Below, piece by piece: positions 14,821-24,469 of a DNA stretch of 30,592 nt. Both the position numbers and the translations under genes were made by a program. The DNA is taken from positions 1 to 30,592 of the IMG/VR virus record IMGVR_UViG_3300009442_000023; one strand, 5' to 3'. The notes below the pieces were generated by a model. That model was given only the letters and a program-made list of their open reading frames with translations. It searched no databases and was not told where the DNA came from. Source of the stretch: a virus (lineage: Duplodnaviria > Caudoviricetes). Position 1 is the stretch's first letter. Every line of letters starts with the position of its first letter.

Positions 14821-16366
14821 CACCTCTGTAGACTTTACTCAAGAAGAAATCCAGCATATGTTGGATAATATTGACATGTTTAGCGTTGATGAGGCGGTAG
14901 AGATAGAGAAACTTGTCGATGAACTAGACAAACGGCGTACAGTTAAAGCCGCACATGACGATTTAATCGAATTTTGTAAACTTATGCAGCCTGACTACCT
15001 AGTTGGGAAGCACCACCGCATGTTGGCCGACCTCCTAATGGCCATCGAGCGAGGAGATAAGGATAGGGCGTGCGTAAACATACCACCCCGTCACGGCAAG
15101 TCTCAGCTTGTATCTATTTTTTATCCGGCGTGGTACCTAGGGCGTAACCCGGATAAAAAGGTTATGATGGTGTCACATACTACCGATCTGGCTGTGGACT
15201 TCGGACGTAAGGTGCGGAATATTATCGCCAGTGAAGCCTACGCAGACATATTTCCTACAGTAAAGCTCGCCAGTGACTCTAAATCAGCCGGTCGCTGGAG
15301 TACTAGTGTGGGCGGGGAGTACTACGCGTGTGGTGTTGGATCAGCTCTAGCGGGCCGTGGTGCGCATTTACTGCTTGTAGACGACCCACACTCTGAGCAA
15401 GACGTGATTAACGGCAACTTTATTGTCTTTGAGAAGGCATATGAGTGGTTCACATTCGGTGCTCGTACCCGTCTGATGCCGGGGGGTAGTGTGGCTATTA
15501 TCCAGACACGATGGCATATGGACGACCTAACAGGGCGTGTTGTGAAGGATATGGCTCAGAACGAGCGTGCGGATCAGTATGAGGTCATTGAGTTCCCTGC
15601 AATACTAGATATAGACGACAAAGAGACAGGGAAGCCGGTACAGAAGCCCCTGTGGCCCGAGTTCTTTGACCTCGAGGCGCTACTACGTACCAAGGCATCA
15701 ATGCCTACGTTCCAGTGGAATGCTCAGTATCAGCAACAACCCACCGCCGAAGAGGCCGCGCTAGTAAAAAGAGAGTGGTGGAATGAGTGGGATGCCGAGC
15801 GACCCCCGCCCTGCGAATATATAATTATGTCTTTGGACTCCGCAGCCGAAAAACACAACCGTGCCGACTATACGGCGTTGACTACGTGGGGAGTGTTCCT
15901 TAATGAGGAGACTTCGGCGTATAATATAATCTTGCTTAACAGCATAAAAGAGCGTATGGAGTTCCACGAGCTAAAAGAGTTGGCTATGGATCAGTACACG
16001 GAGTGGGAACCAGATGCTTTTATAGTAGAGAAAAAGAGTTCCGGTGTAGCGTTGTACCAAGAAATGCGACGTATGGGCTTACTTGTACAAGAATATACCC
16101 CCCATAGAGGTTCTGGTGATAAACTAGCACGTCTAAACTCTGTATCCGACATCGTGCAATCTGGGTTAGTATGGGTTCCACAAACTAGATGGGCAGAGGA
16201 AGTAGTAGAAGAGATCGCAGGGTTTCCCTTTATGAGCCATGACGATCTGGTGGATTCCACAGTTATGGCACTTATGCGGTTCAGACAAGGCGGATTTATA
16301 CGACTACCTACTGATGAGCCAGAAGAAATTAAATATTTTAAACGACGCGGAAGCGGGTTTTATTAA
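14807..16366 (+). CDS. terL: Terminase large subunit
   Basis: Walker A PPRHGKS, Walker B LLVDDP, QTRW, nuclease motifs LDSA...DYTA...HDDLVDS. Confidence 0.95.
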   Translation: MTAPSTSVDFTQEEIQHMLDNIDMFSVDEAVEIEKLVDELDKRRTVKAAHDDLIEFCKLMQPDYLVGKHHRMLADLLMAIERGDKDRACVNIPPRHGKSQLVSIFYPAWYLGRNPDKKVMMVSHTTDLAVDFGRKVRNIIASEAYADIFPTVKLASDSKSAGRWSTSVGGEYYACGVGSALAGRGAHLLLVDDPHSEQDVINGNFIVFEKAYEWFTFGARTRLMPGGSVAIIQTRWHMDDLTGRVVKDMAQNERADQYEVIEFPAILDIDDKETGKPVQKPLWPEFFDLEALLRTKASMPTFQWNAQYQQQPTAEEAALVKREWWNEWDAERPPPCEYIIMSLDSAAEKHNRADYTALTTWGVFLNEETSAYNIILLNSIKERMEFHELKELAMDQYTEWEPDAFIVEKKSSGVALYQEMRRMGLLVQEYTPHRGSGDKLARLNSVSDIVQSGLVWVPQTRWAEEVVEEIAGFPFMSHDDLVDSTVMALMRFRQGGFIRLPTDEPEEIKYFKRRGSGFY

Positions 16367-16377
16367 GAGGTTAGATC

Positions 16378-18846
16378 ATGGCAATTGAGAAAGGTATCTA
16401 CGCCGCACCAGAAAGCATAGAAGACGTAGAAGTAGAAGAAGCGGACATGGAAGCGGACTTGTCTATCGAGATAGTTGATCCTGAAATGGTAACTTTATCC
16501 GACGGTAGTATGGAGATCACCCTGATCCCTGACGCTAACGAGACTGACCTAATGGCGTTTGATGCTAACTTGGTGGACGCACTTGACGAAGGACTTTTAA
16601 ACGAGTTATCAGGTGAGTTAATAGGTATGGTTGACGCAGACGTGGACAGCCGTAAAGACTGGGCTGAAACATACGTTAAAGGGCTAGACATCCTAGGGTT
16701 TAAGTACGAAGAGCGTACGACTCCTTGGCAGGGCGCATGTGGCGTGAACTCTACAGTTCTAGCCGAGGCAGCTATCCGGTTCCAAGCAGAGACCATGAGT
16801 GAGACTTTCCCTGCGCAAGGGCCAGTAAAGGTAAAGGTTTTAGGTAAAGAGACTAAAGAGAAGCTAGAAGCAGCAGAACGTGTAAAAGCGGACATGAACT
16901 ATGAGCTTACAGAGAACATGGTGGAGTACCGTCCAGAACACGAGAGAATGCTATATAGCCTAGGACTTGCAGGATCGGCGTTTAAGAAGGTTTACTTCGA
17001 CCCCAATATAGGTAGACAAGCCGCTATCTATATCCCAGCAGAAGACGTTATCGTGCCTTACGGCGCATCTAACATCGAATCCGCCGAGCGCGTTACCCAT
17101 GTAATGCGTAAAACCAAGAACGAAATAATGAAGCTGCAAGTGAGCGGCTTCTATGCAGGAGTAGAGCTAGGAGAACCTCGCCCGTTCCACACCGACATCG
17201 AAGAAAAGAAAGCCGAGGAAGGTGGGTACGACATCACTGATGATGATCGATACACGATATACGAGATTCATGCCGATATAATCATTGAAGGCGTAGATGA
17301 TGAGGACGGTATAGCTAAACCTTACATCGTCACGATAGAGCGTGGTACAGAAGAAATACTTGCCATTCGTCGTAATTGGGACGAGGAAGACATACTCACC
17401 ATGAAGCGCCAGCACTTCGTACACTACGTATACGTGCCCGGATTTGGCTTCTACGGCCTCGGACTCATACATATAGTAGGGGGGTACGCTAAAGCAGGAA
17501 CGTCGATTATACGACAACTGGTGGACGCTGGTACCCTATCTAACCTTCCCGGCGGTTTGAAGTCTCGTGGATTGCGTATTAAAGGCGATGACTCCCCAAT
17601 CGAACCGGGCGAGTTTAAAGATGTAGATGTGCCGTCAGGCAGCATCCGTGAAAACATAATGCCCCTACCTTATAAGGAGCCTAGCCAAACTCTGCTAGCG
17701 TTACTTAACCAGATTACCACTGAAGGCCGTCGTTTAGGCGCTATCAGTGATATGAACATATCTGATATGTCTGCGAATGCACCTGTAGGAACTACGTTAG
17801 CCCTATTAGAGCGTACGTTGAAGCCGATGGCTGCGGTACAGGCACGTGTTCACTATGCTATGAAGCTAGAGTTTAAGATGCTCAAAGCTATCATGGCCGA
17901 AGAAGCGCCGGAAGAGTACGACTACATGCCTAATAGAGGCGAAGTAGCAGCACGTCAGTCTGACTACGCTATGGTCGATGTAATCCCTGTAAGCGACCCT
18001 AACAGCTCTACAATGGCCCAGCGAGTAGTACAGTACCAAGCCGTGTTGCAGATGTCGCAACAAGCCCCCCAGATATACAACCTACCTCAATTACATCGCC
18101 AGATGATTGAAGTGCTCGGCGTCAAGAACGCTGACAAGCTAGTACCTACGGAAGATGACGTGAAACCTACTGATCCCGTAAGCGAAAACATGAACGCGCT
18201 AACAGGTACCCCCATAAAAGCGTTCCTAACTCAAGACCATGAAGCTCACATAGCGGCGCATCAGTCGTTTATGCAAGACCCCATGATTGCTCAAACCATC
18301 GGCCAAAACCCTCAAGCACAGCAGATAATGGCTGCACTGCAAGCGCACATAGCAGAGCACCTAGGGTTTAGATACCGCAAACAGATGGAAGAGAAGCTCG
18401 GTGTGGCACTACCTCCACCGAACGAAGAGTTACCTGAAGAGATCGAAGTTCAGTTGTCACGCCTCATATCAGAAGGCGGCAAGCAGCTTACTCAACAGCA
18501 TCAGCAGGAAGCAGCACAGAAAGCGGCGCAGCAGAAACAGCAAGACCCCGTTATTCAGTTACAACAAGCAGAGTTGCAGGTCAAACAGCAAGACGTACAG
18601 CGTAAGGCTCAGAAAGACCAGATGGACGCGCAACTCAAGCAAGCTGAACTACAGCGTAAGATGCAAAAAGACCAAGCTGATGTAGCAGTAGATCAGCAGC
18701 AACTCGAAATCGAAAGACAAGAGTTGGAAATAGATGCTCAGAAAGCTGGAGCTAAACTAGCTGCCGACAGACGGACAGCTAACACCAAACTCGACCTTGA
18801 CTTAATGAAAGCAACTAGCGAGGTCGAACGCAAACGTAGGGAATAA
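16378..18846 (+). CDS. Portal protein with long Gln-rich C-terminal coiled coil
   Basis: 822 aa directly after terL; GSAFKKVYFD, FYGLGL; P22-like C-terminal barrel composition. Confidence 0.88.
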   Translation: MAIEKGIYAAPESIEDVEVEEADMEADLSIEIVDPEMVTLSDGSMEITLIPDANETDLMAFDANLVDALDEGLLNELSGELIGMVDADVDSRKDWAETYVKGLDILGFKYEERTTPWQGACGVNSTVLAEAAIRFQAETMSETFPAQGPVKVKVLGKETKEKLEAAERVKADMNYELTENMVEYRPEHERMLYSLGLAGSAFKKVYFDPNIGRQAAIYIPAEDVIVPYGASNIESAERVTHVMRKTKNEIMKLQVSGFYAGVELGEPRPFHTDIEEKKAEEGGYDITDDDRYTIYEIHADIIIEGVDDEDGIAKPYIVTIERGTEEILAIRRNWDEEDILTMKRQHFVHYVYVPGFGFYGLGLIHIVGGYAKAGTSIIRQLVDAGTLSNLPGGLKSRGLRIKGDDSPIEPGEFKDVDVPSGSIRENIMPLPYKEPSQTLLALLNQITTEGRRLGAISDMNISDMSANAPVGTTLALLERTLKPMAAVQARVHYAMKLEFKMLKAIMAEEAPEEYDYMPNRGEVAARQSDYAMVDVIPVSDPNSSTMAQRVVQYQAVLQMSQQAPQIYNLPQLHRQMIEVLGVKNADKLVPTEDDVKPTDPVSENMNALTGTPIKAFLTQDHEAHIAAHQSFMQDPMIAQTIGQNPQAQQIMAALQAHIAEHLGFRYRKQMEEKLGVALPPPNEELPEEIEVQLSRLISEGGKQLTQQHQQEAAQKAAQQKQQDPVIQLQQAELQVKQQDVQRKAQKDQMDAQLKQAELQRKMQKDQADVAVDQQQLEIERQELEIDAQKAGAKLAADRRTANTKLDLDLMKATSEVERKRRE

Positions 18847-18849
18847 ACC

Positions 18850-19047
18850 ATGGCTAAAACCGTCTTTGACGTGCTCAAAAATAAAATCGAGGATGACATG
18901 TCCTCTGCAACAGAATTTCTAGGTAATGGTGGGGCTAAAGACTTCGCTCAGTACAAAGAAATAACAGGAATGCTACGAGGTCTCACTTCCTGTCTGAATC
19001 ATGTAAACGACCTCTCGCGTAATTATTTGGAAGAAGATGATGACTGA
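18850..19047 (+). CDS. Small hypothetical protein
   Basis: 65-aa ORF between portal and GroES-like gene; YKEITGMLRGL. Confidence 0.7.
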   Translation: MAKTVFDVLKNKIEDDMSSATEFLGNGGAKDFAQYKEITGMLRGLTSCLNHVNDLSRNYLEEDDD

Positions 19048-19426
19048 GTTAACGATAGTACCTAAAGAAGCAGAAAACGATGAAGAGCTTGACCTTCAAA
19101 TCCCCACACCCGTGGGATACCGTGTCTTAGTAGCTATGCCGGAAGTAGAAGATACATACGGCGAAAGCGGCATTATTAAGTCTAATAAAGAAATACACAA
19201 CGAATACATTATGTCTACCATCGGGGTTGTACTCGATATGGGAGCACAAGCGTATTCTGATAAAGAGCGTTTTACTACTGGCCCTTGGTGTAAGACAGGA
19301 GACTATGTAATGTTCCGTGCCAATACTGGTACACGTTTTAAAGTAGGTGGTGTTGAGTATCGTCTAATGAACGATGACTCAATTGAGGCAGTAGTAAGCG
19401 ATCCTCGTGGCGTTACACGAGTGTGA
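19037..19426 (+). CDS. groES: GroES/Cpn10-like co-chaperonin
   Basis: PVGYRVLV...SGII...GVVLDMG...KTGDYVMF...YRLMNDDSIEAVV. Confidence 0.85.
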   Translation: MMTELTIVPKEAENDEELDLQIPTPVGYRVLVAMPEVEDTYGESGIIKSNKEIHNEYIMSTIGVVLDMGAQAYSDKERFTTGPWCKTGDYVMFRANTGTRFKVGGVEYRLMNDDSIEAVVSDPRGVTRV

Positions 19427-19436
19427 GGAGTAGATA

Positions 19437-20444
19437 ATGGGATTTCAAAAAGTAGAATACACCTTTCCTGATGAAGAGAAAGAGGAAGTAATAGAAGTGG
19501 AAAATTCTAGCGCAGTGGAGATCGACATATCTGGTGAAGCAGAAGATGATGTCGAGAAAGAAAAGCCTGCCAAACAGGAGAAAAAATCTGAGGTTGAGGT
19601 AGAAGTAGTAGATGATACGCCGAAAGCCGATAGAGGACGTAAAGCCTCTAAACCTCCTGAAGACCTTACCGACGAAGAGTTAGAGGACTACTCGGACAAG
19701 GTACGCAAACGAATTCAGCACTTTAGTAAAGGGTACCATGACGAAAGACGTGCCAAAGAAGCGGCACATCGTGAACGAGTAGAGTTTGAAAACTACGCAA
19801 AATCGCTTGTTGAGGAGAATAACAAGTTAAAAAGCGATGTAGAGAAGAACCAAGCAGCTTTACTAGAGCAAGCTAAAAAGAACTCAGCAATAGAAGTACT
19901 TTCCGCTAAACGCGCATATAAGATGGCGTATGAGGCGGGGGATGCAGATAAGCTAATTGAGGCGCAAGAAAAGATAACTAACGCCAAGATAAAGGCCGAT
20001 AAGTTATCTGATTTTGTCCCAGAGCCTTTACAACAGGCTGAGATTCCTGTACAAATACCGCAAGAAGCTCCGATTCAGCCAGATACCAAAGCGTCCGAAT
20101 GGGCAAACGAAAATTCTTGGTTTGGTTCAGATGACGAGATGACAGCTTATGCTATGGGTGTACACAGTAAGCTGGTTAAGCAAGGTGTGGACACCACTAG
20201 TGATGATTACTACGAGACTATTAATGCTCGTATGCGAAATACCTTCCCTGAAGAATTTGGGGAAATTGAAGAATCAGAGGAGAAATCAAGTAAGCGACAG
20301 TCTAATGTGGTTGCACCCGCTACGCGGAGCACAGCACCTAAAAAGGTGCGCCTAACGCAAACACAAGTGGCTATTGCTAAGAAACTTGGAGTCCCCCTAG
20401 ATTTATACGCCAAAAAGGTTGCAGAAGAGATGAGGAAAGTATAA
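19437..20444 (+). CDS. Probable capsid scaffolding protein
   Basis: Acidic coiled-coil protein upstream of the capsid genes; C-terminal AKKLGVPLDLYAK. Confidence 0.65.
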   Translation: MGFQKVEYTFPDEEKEEVIEVENSSAVEIDISGEAEDDVEKEKPAKQEKKSEVEVEVVDDTPKADRGRKASKPPEDLTDEELEDYSDKVRKRIQHFSKGYHDERRAKEAAHRERVEFENYAKSLVEENNKLKSDVEKNQAALLEQAKKNSAIEVLSAKRAYKMAYEAGDADKLIEAQEKITNAKIKADKLSDFVPEPLQQAEIPVQIPQEAPIQPDTKASEWANENSWFGSDDEMTAYAMGVHSKLVKQGVDTTSDDYYETINARMRNTFPEEFGEIEESEEKSSKRQSNVVAPATRSTAPKKVRLTQTQVAIAKKLGVPLDLYAKKVAEEMRKV

Positions 20445-20893
20445 TGGCTGAGAACAGAATTAAACGTGAAGAAGTTACCCGTGAAAAAACGGCCCGCAAA
20501 GCGGCTTGGACTAGACCAGAAGTACTACCTTCTCCTAATCCCGAGCCGGGCTACGTATTTCGCTGGATTCGTGTAAGCACGCAAGGTAACGTAGATGCCA
20601 CTAACGTATCCTCAAAACTACGCGAAGGTTGGGAGCCAGTAAAAGCGTCAGATCACCCAGAGATTACTCTTGTGTCCATTGAGAACGAAAAGTTCAAAGA
20701 CAACTTGATAATCGGCGGTCTAATGCTATGTAAAGCTCCTATCGAAATGGTTGACGAGCGCAATACTTACTATAAAGATCAGAGTAGCGCGCAGATGCAG
20801 TCAGTAGATAACAGCCTAATGCGAGAAAACGACCCCCGAATGCCGTTGTTTAACGACCGCAGGTCAAAAGTTACCTTCGGTAACGGGTCATAA
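20444..20893 (+). CDS. Conserved head-module hypothetical protein
   Basis: PGYVFRWIR...REGWEPV...GGLMLCK; TAATG coupling. Confidence 0.75.
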   Translation: MAENRIKREEVTREKTARKAAWTRPEVLPSPNPEPGYVFRWIRVSTQGNVDATNVSSKLREGWEPVKASDHPEITLVSIENEKFKDNLIIGGLMLCKAPIEMVDERNTYYKDQSSAQMQSVDNSLMRENDPRMPLFNDRRSKVTFGNGS

Positions 20894-20918
20894 CTAAATC
20901 ATTTTATAGGTGAAATAA

Positions 20919-21533
20919 ATGGCAACTACAGCCTCTCCATACGGGTTTGTTCCCGTACGTAAAGCTGACGGTACACCCTACGCTGGTGCCCGTGACGCTT
21001 TTCTTATTACCCCTGCTGGCGTAGCTCAGAACATCGGCTATGGTTCTATTGTTGAACTAAACGCAGGATATGTCCAACTTGCTTCTGGCACTGGTGCAGA
21101 CGCAACTACTAACAACCTTGGCGGCAACGGTATCGGTGCTCTGGGTGTGTTCGTTGGTTGTGAATACATCAACGCTGAAGGTCAGTTGATTTTTGCTCAG
21201 TACTACCCTTCAGGCACTGCTAACGCTACTGCTTATGTAGTAACTGATCCGGGCGTAACTTTCCAAGTACAAGCTGATGGCGCGATTGCTCAGACTGCTC
21301 TTGGCCATAATGCCCCTCTGACTGGTGCGCAGAATGCTACAACTTCTGTAAACACCACCACTGGTAAGTCTAACATTGCAATCGATGCTACTACTGCGAC
21401 TGCAACTAAGGCGTTTAAAGTAATCGGTTTTGTAACTAAAACTGGTTCTGCCATTGGCGACGCTAAGACTGATGTCTTGGTTAAATTTAACCTACCGTAC
21501 CACCAGTTTGGTACAGGCATCGTAGGAGAATAA
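20919..21533 (+). CDS. Probable capsid decoration/minor head protein
   Basis: Gly/Ala/Thr-rich, PYGFVP, GVFVGCEY; directly upstream of the major capsid gene. Confidence 0.6.
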   Translation: MATTASPYGFVPVRKADGTPYAGARDAFLITPAGVAQNIGYGSIVELNAGYVQLASGTGADATTNNLGGNGIGALGVFVGCEYINAEGQLIFAQYYPSGTANATAYVVTDPGVTFQVQADGAIAQTALGHNAPLTGAQNATTSVNTTTGKSNIAIDATTATATKAFKVIGFVTKTGSAIGDAKTDVLVKFNLPYHQFGTGIVGE

Positions 21534-21537
21534 CTAG

Positions 21538-22443
21538 ATGGCTATTTCAAGAAGTCAATTACTTAAAGAGCTACTCCCCGGACTAAACGCACTATTCGGT
21601 CTGGAGTACGCGAAATATGGTGAAGAGCACAAAGAGATTTTCGAGACTGAAACCTCTGACCGTTCTTTTGAAGAAGAAACTAAACTGTCTGGTTTTGGCT
21701 CTGCCCCAACTAAGTCAGAAGGTTCTGCAATTGAGTATGATAATGCTCAGGAAGCATGGACTGCACGTTACACGCACGAAACTGTTGCAATGGGTTTCTC
21801 AATCACTGAAGAAGCGATTGAAGATAACTTGTATGACTCTCTGTCATCTCGTTACACCAAAGCACTGGCTCGCGCTATGGCGTACACCAAGCAGGTTAAA
21901 GCGGCGGACATTCTGAACAACGCTTTTGCTGGTACTACCTACGGTGATGGGCAGGTTCTATGCTCTACTTCTCACCCTCTGGTTAGCGGTGGAACTAACT
22001 CCAACCGTCCTGCTGTTGCGGCTGACCTTAACGAAACTTCTCTGGAAGCAGCTATCATTCAGATCGCTGGCTATACCGATGAGCGTGGTCTTCTGATCGC
22101 GGCCAAGCCTAAGAAGCTAGTTATCCCGCCTTCCCTACAGTTTGTTGCAACTCGTTTGCTTGAGACTGAAGGTCGCGTAGGAACTGCTGACAACGACATC
22201 AACGCCATTATGAACAACGGCGCTGTACCACAAGGTTATGCAGTAAACCATTACCTGACCGATACTGATGGCTGGTTCCTGATGACTGACGTACCTAACG
22301 GTTTGAAGCACTTCGTTCGTAGCCCAATGGCTACTTCTATGGACGCTGACTTTGATACCGGCAACAGCCGTTACAAGGCTCGTGAGCGCTACTCGTTTGG
22401 CGTTTCCGATCCACTGGGTATCTACGGATCACCCGGCGCGTAA
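21538..22443 (+). CDS. Major capsid protein (Mu gpT-like, HK97 fold)
   Basis: MAISRSQLLKELLPGLNALFGLEY, FSITEEAIEDNLY, RYKARERYSFG; followed by a terminator. Confidence 0.9.
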   Translation: MAISRSQLLKELLPGLNALFGLEYAKYGEEHKEIFETETSDRSFEEETKLSGFGSAPTKSEGSAIEYDNAQEAWTARYTHETVAMGFSITEEAIEDNLYDSLSSRYTKALARAMAYTKQVKAADILNNAFAGTTYGDGQVLCSTSHPLVSGGTNSNRPAVAADLNETSLEAAIIQIAGYTDERGLLIAAKPKKLVIPPSLQFVATRLLETEGRVGTADNDINAIMNNGAVPQGYAVNHYLTDTDGWFLMTDVPNGLKHFVRSPMATSMDADFDTGNSRYKARERYSFGVSDPLGIYGSPGA

Positions 22444-22465
22444 TAGCGTAGTAACATGCTGTACT

Positions 22466-22489
22466 AAGGGGGCTTCGGCCCCCTTTTTT
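22466..22489 (+). terminator. Rho-independent terminator
   Basis: GGGGGC-TTCG-GCCCCC followed by T6. Confidence 0.9.
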
Positions 22490-22493
22490 ATGT

Positions 22494-22522
22494 TTGCGTA
22501 AAGCTACACACTGTGGTATGTT
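22494..22522 (+). promoter_or_regulatory. Possible sigma70 promoter
   Basis: TTGCGT-N17-TATGTT with TGn extension, right after the terminator. Confidence 0.45.
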
Positions 22523-22530
22523 CTCATATA

Positions 22531-22605
22531 TCGGGAAACAATCCGGTGAATCTGACAGACCCGACTGACGACATGTAGACAGATTTGCCTTAACTCACAT
22601 GTGAG
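22531..22605 (+). ncRNA. Pseudoknotted RNA element downstream of major capsid gene (possibly Mu-gpT-DE motif)
   Basis: Three interleaved pairings: 22531-35/22560-64, 22545-54/22580-89, 22571-76/22597-602. Confidence 0.6.
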
Positions 22606-22614
22606 AACTTTATA

Positions 22615-22824
22615 ATGGCTAAAACTACTTTTTCAGGCCCAGTCCGTTCGGACAACGGCTTTCAAATCCCTGTTGTAACTACTGCTAACCTCCCAGCTTT
22701 TGGTGATGTAGCTGTAGGTACTGCTTATATGGTCAGCGATAACGGCGCAGGTAACGACGAATACTGCATCGTAATCAACACGGGCGCTGCTTGGGTAACT
22801 GCTATTGGCGCGGCTCTTAGCTAA
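22615..22824 (+). CDS. Small putative virion protein
   Basis: MAKTTFSGPVRSDNGF N-terminus. Confidence 0.7.
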   Translation: MAKTTFSGPVRSDNGFQIPVVTTANLPAFGDVAVGTAYMVSDNGAGNDEYCIVINTGAAWVTAIGAALS

Positions 22825-22836
22825 TAGGAGGCATTT

Positions 22837-23115
22837 ATGTCTAGTTCTGATGTTTCCGCAAAGCGGATTGCTGGCGTAGGTTCGGTAGGTGTAGGCCCAG
22901 CGCGAGTAAGGCAATTACAAGTACTGACTAATAACTCTGGCGCGGGGCGGCTCACCATAACCGATGGTAGCGGTGGAGCTACCCTACTAGATATTGATTT
23001 TGAAGCTAATGACTCTCACTCTGTTAATATTCCCGATTACGGGGTACGTTTTCAGGATGATGTTTTCATTACCGCTTTTACCAATATCGACGCTATTACA
23101 GTGTTCTATAGTTAA
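22837..23115 (+). CDS. Putative virion protein
   Basis: 92-aa beta-rich ORF with GGAGG RBS. Confidence 0.7.
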   Translation: MSSSDVSAKRIAGVGSVGVGPARVRQLQVLTNNSGAGRLTITDGSGGATLLDIDFEANDSHSVNIPDYGVRFQDDVFITAFTNIDAITVFYS

Positions 23116-23408
23116 TGCGTAGGTATTACAAGTCCGGCGGTAAAGTCGATAAAAAGGCTATGGCGTGCAACAAGCCACGTCGGACTCCCTCGCACGCTAA
23201 GAAATCTCACATAGTTAAAGCATGTGAGAACGGCAAAGAGAAAATAATACGCTACGGTGAGCAAGGCGCATCTACAGCGGGCAAGCCTAAAAAGGGTGAG
23301 TCCGCCAAGATGAAAGCCAAACGTAAATCTTTTAAAGCCCGTCACGGTAAAAATATCGCTAAAGGCAAGATGTCTGCGGCATATTGGGCAAATAAATCAA
23401 AGTGGTGA
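23115..23408 (+). CDS. Small Lys-rich protein (MRRYYKSGG leader)
   Basis: KIIRYG...RKSFKARH...SAAYWANKSKW. Confidence 0.8.
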   Translation: MRRYYKSGGKVDKKAMACNKPRRTPSHAKKSHIVKACENGKEKIIRYGEQGASTAGKPKKGESAKMKAKRKSFKARHGKNIAKGKMSAAYWANKSKW

Positions 23409-23413
23409 GTGAA

Positions 23414-23821
23414 ATGAACAGAAGTTCTATGTCAAAACAAATGATGAGTAAAGGCGGAAAGCTAAACATGGTCAAGGGGAAAGACGGTAAGATGGTTCCC
23501 GACTATGCGGCTGACGGCAAGGGCAAGATGAAAGCTGGTGGAATGGCTAAGGCGTACAAGGACGGTGGTGAAGTTATGGAAGACGCCGCAATGGATATGC
23601 CTGCGAAGCCCCCACGCCGTGCTATCGAAGCCCCTATGTCTGACGAACGGGCTAAAGAGGCTATAGCCGCATTAAAAATGAGTAAGAAGTCAAAGGCTGA
23701 TAAAAAGTCAAAGAACAAACCCGCTAAGAAAATGATGGCTGGTGGTATGACTAAGAAGCCAAAGGCTAAAATTCGCGGCTACGGTATGGCTCGTGGCGGC
23801 AAAGTTTGTAAGATGCGCTAA
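23414..23821 (+). CDS. Lys/Met-rich protein with five [MY]xxGG motifs
   Basis: Probable start ATG 23414; ends IRGYGMARGGKVCKMR. Confidence 0.75.
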   Translation: MNRSSMSKQMMSKGGKLNMVKGKDGKMVPDYAADGKGKMKAGGMAKAYKDGGEVMEDAAMDMPAKPPRRAIEAPMSDERAKEAIAALKMSKKSKADKKSKNKPAKKMMAGGMTKKPKAKIRGYGMARGGKVCKMR

Positions 23822-23985
23822 TGCGTAATTATTACCGCAAAAAGCCTAGCGCGTGTGGGTACAAGGAAGGCGGTACTGTAAAAGACGCGTGCTATAAGAA
23901 GGTAAAGAAGCAGTATAAAGTGTTCCCGTCTGCTTACGCGTCGGGAGCCATCGCTAAGTGCCGGAAGAAAAAGGCTGGTAAGTAA
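23821..23985 (+). CDS. 54-aa Lys-rich protein (not in ORF track)
   Basis: MRNYYRKKPSACGYKEGGTVKDACYKKVKKQYKVFPSAYASGAIAKCRKKKAGK*; TAATG coupling at both ends. Confidence 0.8.
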   Translation: MRNYYRKKPSACGYKEGGTVKDACYKKVKKQYKVFPSAYASGAIAKCRKKKAGK

Positions 23986-24287
23986 TGCGGGCGTACTATA
24001 AGTCTGGTGGTAAGATACGCAAGACAGAAAAAGGTGCTTCGTTAAAGCGTTGGTTCAAAGAGGACTGGAAAGACGTACGCACTGGCAAGGCTTGTGGTCG
24101 GAAGAAAGGAGACGGTCGCGGTACTCCATACTGCCGTCCCAGCAAACGGGTATCTGAGAAGACTCCTAAGACCTCTGGTGAGATGTCTAGCGCCGAGAAG
24201 AAAAAGAAGGTAGCTGAGAAGAAAAGACTAGGGCAGCCAGCAGGTAAGCCTAGACGAGTATCAGCTACCAAGCGGAGAAAGAAATAA
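23985..24287 (+). CDS. Lys-rich protein, DUF5872-like (MRAYYKSGG leader)
   Basis: LKRWFKEDWKDV...YCRPSKRVSEKTPKT. Confidence 0.7.
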   Translation: MRAYYKSGGKIRKTEKGASLKRWFKEDWKDVRTGKACGRKKGDGRGTPYCRPSKRVSEKTPKTSGEMSSAEKKKKVAEKKRLGQPAGKPRRVSATKRRKK

Positions 24288-24469
24288 TGGGTATGGGCGT
24301 TAAGCATTACTTCAAAGACGGCAAAGAACATAAGGGCGGTATGCATAAGCACTCTGACGGAACCCTTATGACTGGTAAAACTATGTCAAATACGTCTAAA
24401 AAACTGTATCACTATGGCGACTTATCTAGTAAGGCTAAGGTCAAAGCTAAGACAGGGTGGGGTAAATAA
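24287..24469 (+). CDS. Small basic His/Lys-rich protein
   Basis: 60 aa; TAATG coupling at both ends. Confidence 0.75.
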   Translation: MGMGVKHYFKDGKEHKGGMHKHSDGTLMTGKTMSNTSKKLYHYGDLSSKAKVKAKTGWGK

